This document shows positions 13,638 through 27,568 of a stretch of 44,104 bases of DNA, in pieces. This stretch comes from Catajapyx aquilonaris (Eukaryota), in NCBI GenBank assembly GCA_000934665.2, contig KZ539370.1, positions 1 through 44,104 of the forward strand, in the 5' to 3' direction. The translations under genes were made by a program, and so were the position numbers. Every line of letters begins with the position of its first letter. Position 1 is the first letter of the stretch. The notes beneath the pieces were generated by a model that had not been told where the DNA came from, did no database searches, and was given only the letters and a program-made list of their open reading frames with translations.

Positions 13638-15855
13638 CATTATCTCGGCCTCCTTCCCACCTCACCCTTTTCTTCTTCCTTTTTACCTGCACGTTGCACC
13701 TCCCCCCCCCTTACTCCACACACACACACACCCATCCCCCCGCCCCCCTTCCTCTACCACACATCGCGTATATAGGCAGCAAAGGCCCAATACATATGCA
13801 TCGCCACCAGAATAAAAGGGGGGCACCCCACGAAGAGCCAACGACCCCGTGACGTCACATCACCTCGCCTAACCTTACTTCACATCAGCTGGAGTCACTC
13901 ACGTAATACAGTAATCTATTACTGACTCGACCGGAGAATGGCAGTGCCGTCACAAGCCCTCAATTCGTGACAAAAGACCTGATAGGAAAATCATTATTCA
14001 AAACCATCGCAAGACCCACACTGGATCAGGTCCAGCACTATTTGGTTTAGATTATTGCTCATCAGATTTCAACTCAATAAAAATGGATCATGTTGGTATA
14101 CTATAGAGATACTGTGTTCGGTGCCAACGGCATATCGTATTCACGTTGACATGAAATCAGATGATCCAGCAATCTGAGTTGGCAAAACAGCAAAAGGGTC
14201 CAGTTTCTTCCGTTCTGTGTTAAGGTCCTATGAGCAAGCACCTTTGTTCCTGAATTTGGCAAAGAAAAAAGCTCTTCAAGAACGGATGGCTCGGTTCTTC
14301 ATGAGTATCGAGTGCGGGACTGAAAATCTGCTCCACTCTGAGCACCCGTGTCTTCCATTTAATTCGGGTGCAATGTCTGCATGGGGGGGAGCACTGCTGC
14401 CCTATAATATAGTCCGCCTCTCGAGGGAAGAAGTTACGGATTGTTCATTCCAGCAACCAGTATTAAACAAAACAACAAGTACGACAAACCAATGTGTCCC
14501 TGCTGACTGTTGCTTATTCCAACGGATTATCGCAGCTGGTTGCTCGTGTGAACAATCCATAGTCCTCTCTCTCTCCCTTCTCCCCTCTCGCGCTGTGAAC
14601 TTGGAGAGAGCATCACACTGTGTAATAATACTGATGTATAACACCATTCTCTTGCCTGTTCGCAGGCTGATATAATGTGTATTACCGTATATTGGAACAC
14701 CTTCCCGGCTGCCCCCCCACCTATATGTATATGCAACTAACCTTATTGTAAACCACCTGTTGACCACCCACATTGTGAGAGCAGACTATATTGGATTCCA
14801 TCAGCCATGTGGTGCTTTGAGTCCAGCATCTGTGGCAAGACACGCCCGCTTCGAATAGGTCAATTTCGCAAACTTCTATAGAAACGATGGCCATGGAGCT
14901 GGCCCGTTTTATTAACATCTTCCCCATTAGTAAGCAGCAGGCCATTGGCGACCACATTATTGGAGGTTCCCAATGCTCTAGTCCCGCGCTCAGCGAATGG
15001 GGAACCTTCCCTTCTATTGTACGCCAACCTTTAGGACCGGGGATAGCCGTTTCTAGACCAGTCCTGTTTCCACGTCATCTCACAATAACACAATAGTTAA
15101 TCTATTGTTGCCAGAATTCGTCATGATTGCCCATGGCCAGCAGGTGCTCCACGTTATTAGAAACTAATCACGCCTTAATCCTCCGAAGATATTTGAAACA
15201 TGCGAATAATCATTGTTGTAACGTAGCGGTTTGGGAAACAATAGGCCATGCATCCTCAAACACGTTTTGGCAGTTTACATTATTAGGGGGGCTTGATTCG
15301 TTGACTTATTTATTGGGAGTAACAGTGAAACAGACGGCAGTGAAAGGTTGAAACATTTAGTTATAGATTATGTGAACATAAATATTGGCAGTTGCTGAGC
15401 ATGTGGTCGTGAGCATCAAAAGTAGCTATAGCAGGCAGTAGTGCAATAATATTATGAGGTGACCATTGAATTGTCTCTTTTAGACAATAAATTTTTGCGT
15501 CTCAGACGCTCGATATTATTAATATGCTTATTATTGCATCGGATTATTGCATTATCGAATATTTTTTAAACTATGGAAAATATTATTTGCTAACGTTAGG
15601 TCGAACTGACGCATCTATTCGGGAACTAAATTAATTTCTTGCCGGCATTAATAAAGAATTGGGCTCAAGAAACCTACTATCGCCAGGTAATACTTTAGAG
15701 TTTAGATAACCAATAAAAGTAACTATGCAAAATGCCTGCTTAAAGTTAGTCTTGGTGCCAAATTAGCTAACTAAAACGGACATTTCAAATGTAATAACAC
15801 CTTGATACGTTACATCACTGTTATATCACTGAAGGTAGACTGGCGACTTGTGTCG

Positions 15856-15923
15856 AATTTTCGTCCCACTGCTATAGAAACTGCTAACTTAGGAGCAGTA
15901 ACTATAGCAGTGGGACGAAAATT
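15856..15923. repeat. 68-nt near-perfect hairpin (22-bp perfect arms)
   Basis: AATTTTCGTCCCACTGCTATAG (15856-15877) and CTATAGCAGTGGGACGAAAATT (15902-15923), plus an inner ACTGCT/AGCAGT stem and an 8-nt loop. Confidence 0.9.
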
Positions 15924-18738
15924 GTCTTTATTGACAATAATTGCCGGCAGTACATTACAACAGTATGGTTAAATCCCCAGAAAATCATTTATCTTCAGTG
16001 GTGCAACCGGATTTCAGCCTATATGATTTCCCCTCCATTAGTACATTTTCATCGCCCAGGATATTTGATTTACAACACTCTTACAGTGCGTCTACTTTTT
16101 AAAACCTTGTTACAATTGAATGGCCCAACATATTAAAGGGTCGAAATCCAGCAGGGTACAAAAACGTTTCAGATATACATTATAAAATTCCTGGAAACTC
16201 TCCGATGCACTATACTATACAAACGAAATAAGCATGAAAGGGCAACAATAAGGCAGTGGTAACTATATTTGTAGTATGCTGGTTCCATTAACAAACTAAC
16301 TTTTATTTCCCTAATTTATTGCTTAGACTTCGGCCTTTGTTCTTCAGTGTTACTCGTCATTCACACACCTTATTACATGCTGGGAACTTAAGGAAGTGAA
16401 GTTTACATTTAATAGTTTGAGAATAAAATTAATAATAGCAACTCGAACACATGCTGCATATTAGAATAAAACAAACAACTGTAACTCATGTCATCCATCA
16501 GATGCCCACTCGAAACTTTTATCTCTTACATATCTCGTGAAAAAGTCCACACGCACCTTTTAAAAATAATTGGTCTAATATATTAAGATCCTCACATGAT
16601 GCCCTGCTATAATTTGTCGCGGAAGTTTCTCCGAAACATCGGAAATACGAAAACTGGCATCTATTTATAGACTAGATCCCAAGGAAAAGAGGCGAGAATC
16701 CGTCGCGGAATACCGGTATGCAAAAACAGGCTCGCGCCTTGTAGTACTCTTTTTTTTCATTCTTCGAATGGCGTCTATACGTGCCTATAATAGCAAAATA
16801 ACGTATCCCGCATTTTCTCACGTCGCGGCTCGCGCAATTGTCGTGGCTATTGGACGGTAGTACTTTACATAATGAGATGCAGTGCTGCTTGCAAGTTCTA
16901 AATACGCATAGACACCGTACGTTAATGCATATTGTATATCTGGCAAGAGGGATAATGTGCTTTATAAAAAAAAAGAGCGAGAGAAGCGATGGGTACTAAA
17001 GAATGAGAGAAAGAGAGAGACTATATACGTTAGTTGAACTGCTGGGAAAAATTTTCCCAACGGCATTTGCGAGGCATGAGCAGACCAGTTTGCAACCAGT
17101 TGTGCATAGACTCTATCGCCATTTAAATAAGGACTGATTTGAAACTGGTTTTCGCATGCGAAATAAAGCCCGGGCTCTATACCCGGTTTCATTCCTCCTC
17201 TAGGCTGGGTGTGTGACTATAACACGTCCCGGTTGTAGCGTGTGTTTGTGTGTGGGGCTATATATGCCGCTGCCTGCTGGGGTCTCATACCCGAGGATGT
17301 ATATATAAGGAGGGCCTTGTGAAATTCCTTTGTGCATTTTAATTTCCCTTTGTTACCATCTGTCAGCAGTTGGTCAATTTGGAGGCGGCGCCCCCCACAT
17401 GACCTCAACAACTGCACAACTGCTGCCCAACGCACACACACACACACACCTGGATACCTGACCGCCTGCCTTTTGCCAACCCCCTTATTCTCACCCCCCC
17501 CCCCCTTCCCAACCCTTTTGGCCCCTTGCCCAAACTCTACCCATCAGCCGCTTCCTATCGGAACCAAATTGGCAATATATTTGCATGAACAGCGTGACGG
17601 CTTCAGGGCCGGGTGTGGGCGGTGTATGTGTGTATACAGATGGGGAGCCACATCCGCACTTTGTCAACCGTGTCGCCTCAACATCGATGCGTGCAAAAAT
17701 GCGCGTGCAAAATTGTACGCGTATATAAGGTGGTGGGCTGGCTGGATATTTTCTGCAGTGCACGTAGATAAAGTTTCCCTTTCTCTGGGCTGGCAGGCTA
17801 CTTTTCTTGCCCACCTCCCAAATGACGCTCTCTTTTGCACCAGGTATATAGGAAGGTGGGGTCTCCAAAAGGGGTGGAAAAGGATGGGGAGGGTTGCCTA
17901 AAGGAAGAAGGCTGGGGACAAGGGGAAAAGAGGGAGGGAGGGAAAGGAAGGAAGGGGAGATGATATGCAAAAAAGGGCCCGCTTTCCTCCTGTGCTGCCA
18001 CGAGGCGCCTTCCCCTTTTCTTGCGCCCCCCCTTGGCTGTATATGTGTGTGTATGTGCATATGTGTGTGTGTCTCTCCCCCCCTATCCCTCCCTCCCCCC
18101 ATTCCTTGCAACTCTCCCTTTCCATCTGCCCCCTCGCCAAAATTTTTGCAAACGCTCAGCACACGTGACTATCAACCAATGCTGCCTTCTTCCGTCCTTT
18201 CCTTCCCAGGAGGCCCTCTCCTCGCTCCTTTCTTCCCACACCACCGTCATTATTATGGGCTCTATTCAAAGCTGCTGCTAAATAATTGCGAACATGCGCA
18301 TTACGGTATATGGCACACGAATATATGCGTAACTTTTCGCAACAAGGCGAGTTGCATTTAAAAAAAGCACGTTGTGGCAAAAGCGCTAATATGTCGGCAT
18401 AGTTCCAAAACCATTCGTTGCGAGGGTCGCCGGTTGAATAACTATACCCGACACTTTCGCTTTCATCGAGGGTCGGTTCCTGCCAATTCATTCCAAAGTT
18501 TCGTCACAGATTTGCGTTAATGCAACCGGGCCTCGGACTCGATTTTCACTGGAGAAAAACTAGGATGTAAAACCATTCGTGCCAGTGGCAATATTTCAGG
18601 TCCAGCCAAAAACTCGCACGAAAATTTCCAACTTGCAAATAAATGTTACCAGCTCATACTTTGCTCAGTGGAAATCAAGTCCGGAGCATCATTACAACTA
18701 CGCTTCGGACTTTATTAATTTATTTACTCGTTTACTAT

Positions 18739-18900
18739 TTATTAGATTAGTGGCTTACAATGAGCTGGCCATCGGTGAACCCATACCGAGAATAATATTC
18801 GATTATGTGTAATGTATACGTAATGCACAATTGGCGACTTTCCCTTAATTTGCATCGACACAACCGATGGCCAGCTCTTTATAAGCCACTAATCTAATAA
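18739..18900. mobile_element. MITE with 38-bp terminal inverted repeats
   Basis: TTATTAGATTAGTGGCTTACAATGAGCTGGCCATCGGT (18739-18776) versus ACCGATGGCCAGCTCTTTATAAGCCACTAATCTAATAA (18863-18900): 2 mismatches, about 86-nt spacer, TA near both ends. Confidence 0.7.
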
Positions 18901-20254
18901 GTTCACTACCATGCCTCTCGTGAGCAGGGTGGGAAAATTGCAACATTCTAGTGCGCCAGTGTGCATTATAATTGGTGACACTGATGTTCTCCCCATCAGC
19001 ATCGACAGAAAAATTGAAAGAGTGGCATCGGCTCTTAAAATCGTGGCGCCCAATGCGTTGAATTCGTAGCATCGAGAGTTTTTTCTTTATTTCTTCTCTC
19101 CTCTCCACATATGCGACAAGGATTACGTAAGAAGTTGCAGGACAATGGCACAGATCAGATGTCGCACATTTAGCGAGTGTCACATTTCCCACCACGTGGA
19201 CCCAACTCGCGCCTGCCGATAACAATCCTCGCAGCATCGGGGGCAGTGGCGTAGCTAGCATATGTGCGTGTGTGTGTGGCCATGCGTGTAGGAGGGTTGG
19301 GAGGAGGGGGTTCGGGCGAGGTGCGAGAGGAAGGTGACGAGATGGGCAAAGTGGAGCAGAGGACACGAGGGAACACTGAAAAGTGAGTATAATATTCCTC
19401 CCGGTGGGCCCCCCCTGGCCAATAAGTGGAGGCAGGCTAAAGAAGGAGGCCACACCAACCCTTGTCGGTGCGACCTGGCCGGCAGGGTCATCCATCCGTC
19501 CACATGCATAACATAACGGCCTATGAGGAGAAGGCGGAGGAAGAGGGTGGGGTGGGGAGGGGGAGACACACACATGCGAGGGGTGGGGGCCCCAGTGGAC
19601 NGACACACACATGCGAGGGGTGGGGGCCCCAGTGGACGGTCCAGCAAAGCTCCCATCGTGGAAGAAAAGATGATCCTCTCCCCCCCTCCTTTGCCACCCC
19701 CCCAAAAAAACTTCTTTTGCAAAAAGGGACGCTGCTCCGTCCAAGGCCGCCCACTCTAGTAGTCGTGGCTGCCACTTCAGGCCCAGTCTTCTCCCTTCTC
19801 CGTCCAAAACTTTCCCACCAGACTCCTCTCCCTTTCATCCGGACCCAGTCTACCTCCGATGCAGTTTTATTGCCACCATCCCTTCCTCTTTCCACCCAGC
19901 CACCCCTCTCCTCTCTCTCTCCCCACCCACCCTCCTCCTTCGGGGTGTATAGTGAGTGCAGCATCATCATCCAGCTGCCCCCCCTCTCTTCCCTTGCTTC
20001 TTACTACCAGCGAGGGGGTCTCTCCCAGCGGGACCCAGCTCCTTAGATGATGATGATGATGATGATGGAGGCTCTCTCTCTCTCCCCAGCTACCTTTTAC
20101 TTTCTGCAGTACCTGCCTCCTTTTCCTTTCCCTTTCGTCTGCAACCGGCAAGAAACCCTTTCCTTTTTCACCCCGGCCACCCTTCACCTTCACTTTTCCT
20201 TCCCTTCCGTTTTCCCTTTCCGTATACCCGCCCACGCCTTCCATTCATCCCATT

Positions 20255-20569
20255 CATTCATTCATTCGGACCCATTTCACTCTCACTCTCATTCCTTCAA
20301 CCCTTTTGCTGCACCCTCTCCGTCCCTTTAACTCCGACCACACTGTGTCCACCACCTTCGATCGCGCAAATTGATTCGGATCAAAATCTGCAACGAGCAA
20401 TTAGGCCAATTATTTCTCCTCCGGATCTTGGTGCGCATTGTTTTGCTCTTTTGTTAAGCCGGGGGGCTAGCTACTACTGTATAAATGAGAAGAAAAAGGC
20501 CGGTGGCGAATAATTGGCTGCAAAAGCGCATCATCACCGTCGTCAACATTACATCGTATAGCAACACCG
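20255..20569 (+). other. Candidate non-coding first exon of the Cache-domain gene
   Basis: Inr-like TCATTC repeats at about 20254-20267 after a pyrimidine-rich tract; donor CCG|GTGAGC at 20570. The ATG-containing exon has an acceptor (TTGTGCAG| at 24666), so an upstream UTR exon is expected. Confidence 0.35.
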
Positions 20570-23500
20570 GTGAGCAAAGCCCGGAGCTTCTTCCCAGGAA
20601 AAAGTAAGGGGCAAGCAAGGCGGGCAGGGGCTTGTCTCCACGGTCATTATGCATAATAATCAATCGTCCCTTTTTCCCCGGCCCCGCTGGAACTGACGCA
20701 GCTGACCAACGGTCAAATCCCCTGCCTGCCTGCCTGCCTGCTTGGCCTGCCTGCCTTTTCCTTTCCTATCCCTTTTTCCTTATCCTTCCTGGGCTCTCTC
20801 GCTCGCCAGTTGGCAAACCTCCTGTCCACTCACGCGCCGACCACAACCCACCCACCCCACCCACCCAAAACCTCAATTCTCGACTTGACCGCTGCCCATC
20901 CTCAGGCGTTGCTCACAACGACGGACCGAATGCCCTCTAGTCCGCCTCGACCACACTTCGTCGACCCCCCAAAAAAGAGATGACCATCATCGTGTCCTCT
21001 GGCCACTCTATATAAAAAGACGCACGATCTTCTATAACTTCAAAACATGCCAATCTCTATTACATCACAAGTCAATGTGGATCCGACTATTCCTTCCAAA
21101 CTTTCTCATCAAATTGGTTGCTGGAGTGAACAATCCGACCTTCGCTCCGCTAATACCCTGTATGACGGCTGTATATGATTATGCAAATATTGCTCGCATA
21201 TATATTGCATATAATGTTACGATGTATCCCCTGGAGCACAGTACATAGCTACTGATCTGGGTTAAAAATGGCTTCCCAAGAGCTAATACAATCAGAACCT
21301 GTTCGATTTTTAAATTCGCAATAATAAACCCACACTGGTTTGCCACAAGCACATCACGCGGTGCATGCGTCTTTCTATATGGCATGAACGCATACTTAAA
21401 ATTCTGTCTCACTGCTCGTTACTCTCTCCGTCACTTTTGAAGCTAATTCAAATAAGCACCGGCTGGCATCAGCAGCATTGTTGTGGAAATAACCTCAGGC
21501 CTGTCTGTGAGAGAGAGGGGCTGCTGAGGGGTCCCAAATATTCAGGCCTCTCTCAGCACTGCTGTGCGGCACATGCATGTAACTGTATGAATATAAGCCG
21601 AGGGCGCCTTGCCAATTACATTTTACTTGCAGATTTTGCAAAGCACATTTTGCACGCTGCACGGTTTCCGTATGGGCGGACGAGGTCAACCCGTCTGGGC
21701 AAAGTCTGACAGAATAAGCAGCACCACCGGTGCCGGCATCAGACACGTTATTCCTCAGCTCGTCTGGTAGGGAGCAGCACCCGTCGCATCTGGATTCGCG
21801 ATATGCAAATTGAGGCTCCTTCGGGATGTATAATCTCATTGCAATACGTCTTCTTTCCTATAAAATATTTGCCACCGAAGCAACAAACCTCGACAATTTC
21901 TTCGTCGAGTGACGCATCTTTTAATGTTTTCAGCTTTTAGTGCATAATAATTATTAGCTGTCGTTATGTATACGACAGACTGCAATGCACGAATGCAGCA
22001 GAATCCGCATCAGCTTCTCCCGAAAATAGCCCGGAATGTCTTTATCTCCGGACCACCAAACCGGCCCTCGCATCTGGCCGGAAAGCGCCTTATTCGCATT
22101 CCAAATATAAAAGTCAGTTCGGTTTACACAATAGTGTAAAGCGCAGGTGCTGATGTTAAATTAGCTATTTTCAAAGTCAGTGACACTACGACTAGAACAT
22201 GAAAAACTCAGCTACGTAACTGATTATACAAGTACGATGAAAAGAAGTATGTTTCCAATAGGTGTTGTGCAAGTAGTTGAAGGGCCCAATAGAGAAAAGG
22301 CGCCAGTGCAAAAGAATGTTTAAAGTTAATCATATTAGTAATTGACACCCCACAATAGACAAAAGCCTAAAAGATCTAACCCCATCGACAAATCGGCAAT
22401 GGCGACAATTCGTCCTTGGTTCCATTGACAGAACTGACCTGGGAGGTACGTCGTACAGTAGCCCACAGTACAGTACATGCGACAGTTGCGTGCTCACTTT
22501 CGAACTAGGTAAAAGTTTACTGTCGGAAATGATTTGCCAACACATGACGTATTGTGCAATATTCATGCAAAACCACGTGTGCAACGTGTAGAGTCGGATG
22601 ATGTCATTCCCTTCTAAGAAATGCTAGTTAGAACAACAGCAAAAAGTACATACAGGTATAGTCACAATAAGACCACTTCGCAGAACTTGCGGATCGTCCC
22701 GAGGGAGTACAATGGACAGAACTTCGCATTGTCTCATTAATTATCCCTCATGGCATGCAGCACCAGGTGGAGAATTCCTGAAGGTCGATGAGTTATACCA
22801 GCCGAGCTTTGTCACCACGGGATAAGCTTATGTCTCAGGAGAATTGCGTCGAGGGAGGGAAGGGTGCGGGAGGCTGGGCCCGGTTGGGTGTGGGTGGGGC
22901 TCACAAACGCTTAGCTGCAAAAATGACTCACAAATTCTTATTCGCACTAATACTGTTGTGCACAGGGACTATTCAAGAGGACATCTGCTGGTGCTGCCAT
23001 GAATTGTGTCGCAATTAATCTTTTAATGTTGCACTCGAGATATTAAAGCCGCTTTGTTACAAGCCTGGATTTCAACTCCATATAAAAGTTACGCGCAGAG
23101 AATAAAGGAAGCTCGACCATAATTCGTAATCCACTTTGATAGCGTAGGATCTTTAATGTGCAAAACTGGTATGGTATGGGGAGGGGAAACTGGCCGCGTG
23201 AGACACAAGAAAATGAAATAATTCGTGCGGCAATATTGCCCAGCCGAGTACAAAACAAGCCGATTGTAAACCTTGAGTAGCATAGTACCGTGCTTCTTGC
23301 GGAATGGTGATGTGTCATGTGGGAATGGAGTTGCGAAAGCACTTGCACCAGTCAGTCCTATTCCCATTTCAACGGATAAATGATCGAAATGTATATGTGT
23401 CGTAATGTGTTGCATATTATTTTTTCAGACACAAATGCAGCGTATGATACGTTGCGTGGAAAGGAGGGTGGTTGATGTCACGGGAGGCGGGAAGAAGAAG

Positions 23501-24693
23501 CCATGCAGATTTACCTTCCAAGGGTCAAATCGAGACGGAATTAAAGCGGCAAAAAAAAGCACACGCGATTATGAATTTTTCATACAATAGCTATAAATAT
23601 ACCCACTCCAACATGCAATCGACCTACATCAATATTATAGTTACAAGTCTAATAATATAAGCTCCACGTTAAGATACTCGCAGGGCGACTAGGCAATTCC
23701 ACAGCATGTCACCGTACATATTCCAATTTCTACAAAAAAAAATTAGCATACCGATTATTTCACATCCGATCTGTCCTGGATATTACCTGTCGGTCCATTG
23801 CCATTTGAAAAGAAGCGACGACACAGTTCACGTGCAATCCAGATGGCGTTACGATCCAGAGCGCGGCAGATGGCCCCGCATTTTGCAAATTATTGACGCC
23901 TTCATCCTGCACAAAATACCGGGTGAAATTTTCGTCTCACTGATAGTCACTGCTAACTTATCAGTACCATTGCCAACACTGGTAGTGACCTACTGCTAAT
24001 AAGCTACCAGTGATTATCAGTGGATGAAAATTCCACCCAACACTTTCCTAAGGGATTGAAATTACGCACACAAACGTATTGCGCCAATCTGGGTTTTATC
24101 AAGAGCAACTCATTGCAGCCAGAACATTCCATCAGCTGGCCCGGAACACATTCAAACATTGCGCGCCAACCCTTCTACGTTCTTCGCGCCTGCGCCCGTC
24201 GACTCATCAACACCGTCATTATTAGCTATATATTAAGTAACTGTGTCGGGAACAGCAACAGCTGCTTCAGAATTCAGCAAGTAATACTTTCATTTCTAGC
24301 TGCTACTCCGACTTAAAACAGCTACGAGCTACTTGCAAATGCAGCAGCTGCGTTATTTCAGGGCGGGTCCAAGCGGGAGAGGCCATATTGAAAAAAAAGG
24401 CGAGGGAGGGCGGGGTCCGCGAGAAGCGAAAAAGGCTGCGAAAGAGGACCGCTGATATCCACGGTAGGTTGACCTCCAGCTCAGATGAACGAGCAGAGGT
24501 ATGGAGCGACCAAGGGCAACATTCGAAACCCCGGAAGGTCGAAAACCATGTTCCAAGCAACCGTATTTCAGCAGGTGGAATACGGTATCTGGCCAGTTGC
24601 ACTTGTTGTACTGTATTTTTCCAATGGTAGATTTTGGCTAATTGCTGTGTACTACATGTTGTGCAGGTGTCCTGAGGCAGCTGACTCCCAAGC

Positions 24694-27568
24694 ATGGCGG
24701 CTCGTCCCTTGAGCTGCTGTGTGGTCCCCTTCCTGCTCCTGGTCGCCTGGGCCACCTTCTGCTGGGCCCAGTTCTCCTGGCAGAACAGGGATGCGTACGA
24801 CGAGATCAAGTACCGCATGGACCAGGTGACGCCGGACAACTGCCCCATCCAGCACCTGGAATCCCTCTACCTCCCTGCCGACACCGTCTCGCACAAGCCT
24901 GACATCAAGGAGGTCAACATCAACCCCGTGTTTCCCAACCGCACCGCCCTGCTGCACCTCCACAACATGGCCCTCAGCCGAGCCTTCTTCTGGAGCTACG
25001 TGCTGCAGTCACGCTTCATTAGACCCGCCATCAACGACACTTACGACCCAGGGATGCTGTACTACTTCCTGTCCACGGTCGCCGATGTGTCTGCTAATCC
25101 ACGTGTCAATGCCAGCGCAGTGTACTTCTCTCCAAATTCCTCCTACTCACCGTCATTCAGAGGGTTTTTCAACAAGACCTTCCCGCTGTTTGCGCCACGC
25201 ACATTCAGAGCGGATGACTTCAACGACCCCATTCACTTGGAGCGGATATCAACCCTGAACACGTTCGTGGTCCGTGACTTGGGAGTGGTGCCGCATGACA
25301 GCCAATCCCAGAACTACACCTCCGAATGGTACAGGACCAACGAATGGTATCGAGCGTGGCTGCCAGACAATCCTGTGGGCCGGCATGACACCAAGACCAC
25401 GTATCAAGTCCAGATCCGGTATGCCAACAACACCAACGAGACCTTCACATTCCATGGTCCACCAGGGGCAGACGAAGAGCCAGGGCCGGTCAAGTGGCTG
25501 AGGCCTTATTACGACTGTTCGAGAAGTAACAAGTGGCTCCTAAGTGTTGCTGTTCCAGTGGCTGACATCTACCCAAGGCACACGCAGTTCAGGCACATTG
25601 AATATCCGAGGTATGTAAGCCGTAATTTTCCAGTTCTTGTCTTGGTGACCATGCAGTAATTGCGTGTTGTTATTTTCAGGTATACTGCAGCATCGGTCTT
25701 TGAGATGGATTTTGAGCGAATAGATATCAACCAGTGTCCACGTGGGCAAGGGAACGATGGGGAAAACAGGTTTTCAGACACGGCGCGATGTCGGAAAGAG
25801 ACTACAGAGTGCGAGCCCTTGAATGGGTACGGGTTTCGCAGAGGTGCATACCAGTGTCGGTGCCGCCCAGGTTTCCGCCTGCCAAACTTTGTTCGGCGGC
25901 CCTACTTGGGCGAGTTAATAGAGCGTGCCACGGAGCAGCAATATCAATCCAACTTCTACTGCGAGAAGGTCGGCTGGGTGCAAAAGCTGCCCGTACAGTG
26001 GGAGAAGCTGCCTGAGAAACTCAGGGCCATGTACCTGGACCGGAACGAGGCTTACAAGAACTTCACTTGGGAGCCGGGACTCACCATGAGTCCAAATGAC
26101 ACGTCGAAGAAGCGCCAGAACATTCACACCATGCTCATGTTCATCGGCAGCGTCAAGGGTGACAACTGCCACCTGTAAGTTGGCTACTGACTGTTGTTAT
26201 TGGGTTAATGCATTTCGTCTTTTCCTACTTCCGTCCAGGTTCAACCCGCGTGACTTGATTCTCGAGGGTGACATGGGCTTTGGCTCCGAGTTCCAGTTTG
26301 AGAGTGAGGCTCTAATGGCTGTCAGGCTCGCCAACTTCATCTCCGCATTCATGCAGGTACTTCAGGCGATATACACTTTCTGAATCATTTCTAGCCATTC
26401 TCAACCTTGCTTCCAGATTGTGGATCCAACCGAGATATTCCCTGGGAAACGCCTTGCAGACAAGCCGCTGTCAGAGGATCAGATGATGGCAGAGACGCTG
26501 TCAATAGTGATGGGCAGCCAGAGGATCTGGGCAGCTGGAACATTCTGGGAGAGGGGCAAGTTCACCAACCGCACCCTGTTTGCCCCGTACGCTTATAAAA
26601 CAGCCCTGAACACCAGGAAGTTCAAAATGGAGGACCTTGCTAGGCTCAACTCCTCGGGTGAGCTCAAAGTCTCTAGATGGCACCGTGATACCCTCTACAT
26701 ATATTATATCCTGAGACATGCAACATCTTTGCAGATGAGCTGTACCTGAACAAGCCATGGTACCAGCTGCTGAAGACTCGCTGGTCGACCAATTATGACG
26801 ACCTGGAGAAATTCTACTTGAAGATGCACATTCGAAACAATGAGACGGGGAACTACCCTCGCAAGTACGAGCAGTACCCCACCTCATACAAGGCAGCCAA
26901 CCTGGGTCACGGCCAGTGGACTTCTCCCTACTTTGACTGCAAAGGGAGGGTGCCCATGTGGGTGGTCACCTACGCCTCTCCTTTCTTTGGGTGGGATTCG
27001 TTACGCAACAGGCTGGAGTTCAAAGGAGTTGTCACCATCACGGTGGATCTAATGAAACTGGACCTCAACCAGTGCCCGGACAAGTACTATGTTCAGAACG
27101 CATTCAAGGACTCTCACAAATGCGACAGGCACACCTCATACGTGAGTTCAGCTGCAGCCTTCTCGACCGACTGACCCTACAATACAATCTGTCGTTTCAG
27201 TGTGTGCCAATCCAAGGCAGGGAATTCGACACGGGGGGATATAAATGCGAGTGTCTGCAAGGGTACGAGTACCCTTTCGAAGACGCCACGACCTACTACG
27301 ATGGCCAGGTGGTAGAAGCTGAGTTTCTCAATGTCGCCATGAACAACAAGAGCAGGTGAGCAGTAACATCCAATTAAATATGAAGGATTTAACCCTAATT
27401 ATGCCATAATGTGCATGTAAACCCAATTAGGTACAGTAATTTTTAAACATTGTTTTGTTGCCCCCCCACAGATTCGACACCTTCAAATGTCGCCTAGCTG
27501 GAGCAGCCAATATTGGAGCCAACTTTGTGCTTCTGTCGGTTCTCGTATTTCTGGCCAAATTCGTCTGA
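24694..27568 (+). CDS. Predicted GPI-anchored surface protein with two tandem GPR158/GPR179-like Cache + EGF-like modules (809 aa), no 7TM
   Basis: Exons 24694-25610, 25680-26174, 26239-26356, 26417-26657, 26735-27141, 27201-27355, 27472-27568; all GT-AG, phases consistent, 2430 nt. Hydrophobic signal peptide (VVPFLLLVAWATFCWA). Repeated Cache motifs (NEWY...WLRPYYDC...FEMDF and KPWY...WTSPYFDC...FKGVVTITVDL), each followed by a GPR158-type EGF (DINQC...FSDTARC...GFRRGAYQCRCRPGF and DLNQC...FKDSHKC...GGYKCECLQGYEYP). The C-terminus AGAANIGANFVLLSVLVFLAKFV is GPI-signal-like. AATAAA at 27857-27862. Confidence 0.9.

Noticed and set aside
19565..19637. Exact 36-nt direct repeat separated by one N
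   Set aside because: Signature of an unmerged contig overlap (assembly artifact), not a biological repeat or CRISPR.
17332..20513. Long overlapping ORFs (up to 320 aa) on both strands
   Set aside because: They arise from GC/CT-rich, stop-poor low-complexity DNA; one spans the N-join artifact; no domain motifs.
23133..23161. CTTTGATAGCGTAGGATCTTTAATGTGC resembling a conserved SINE core
   Set aside because: Under 30 nt, with no head or tail; insufficient support.
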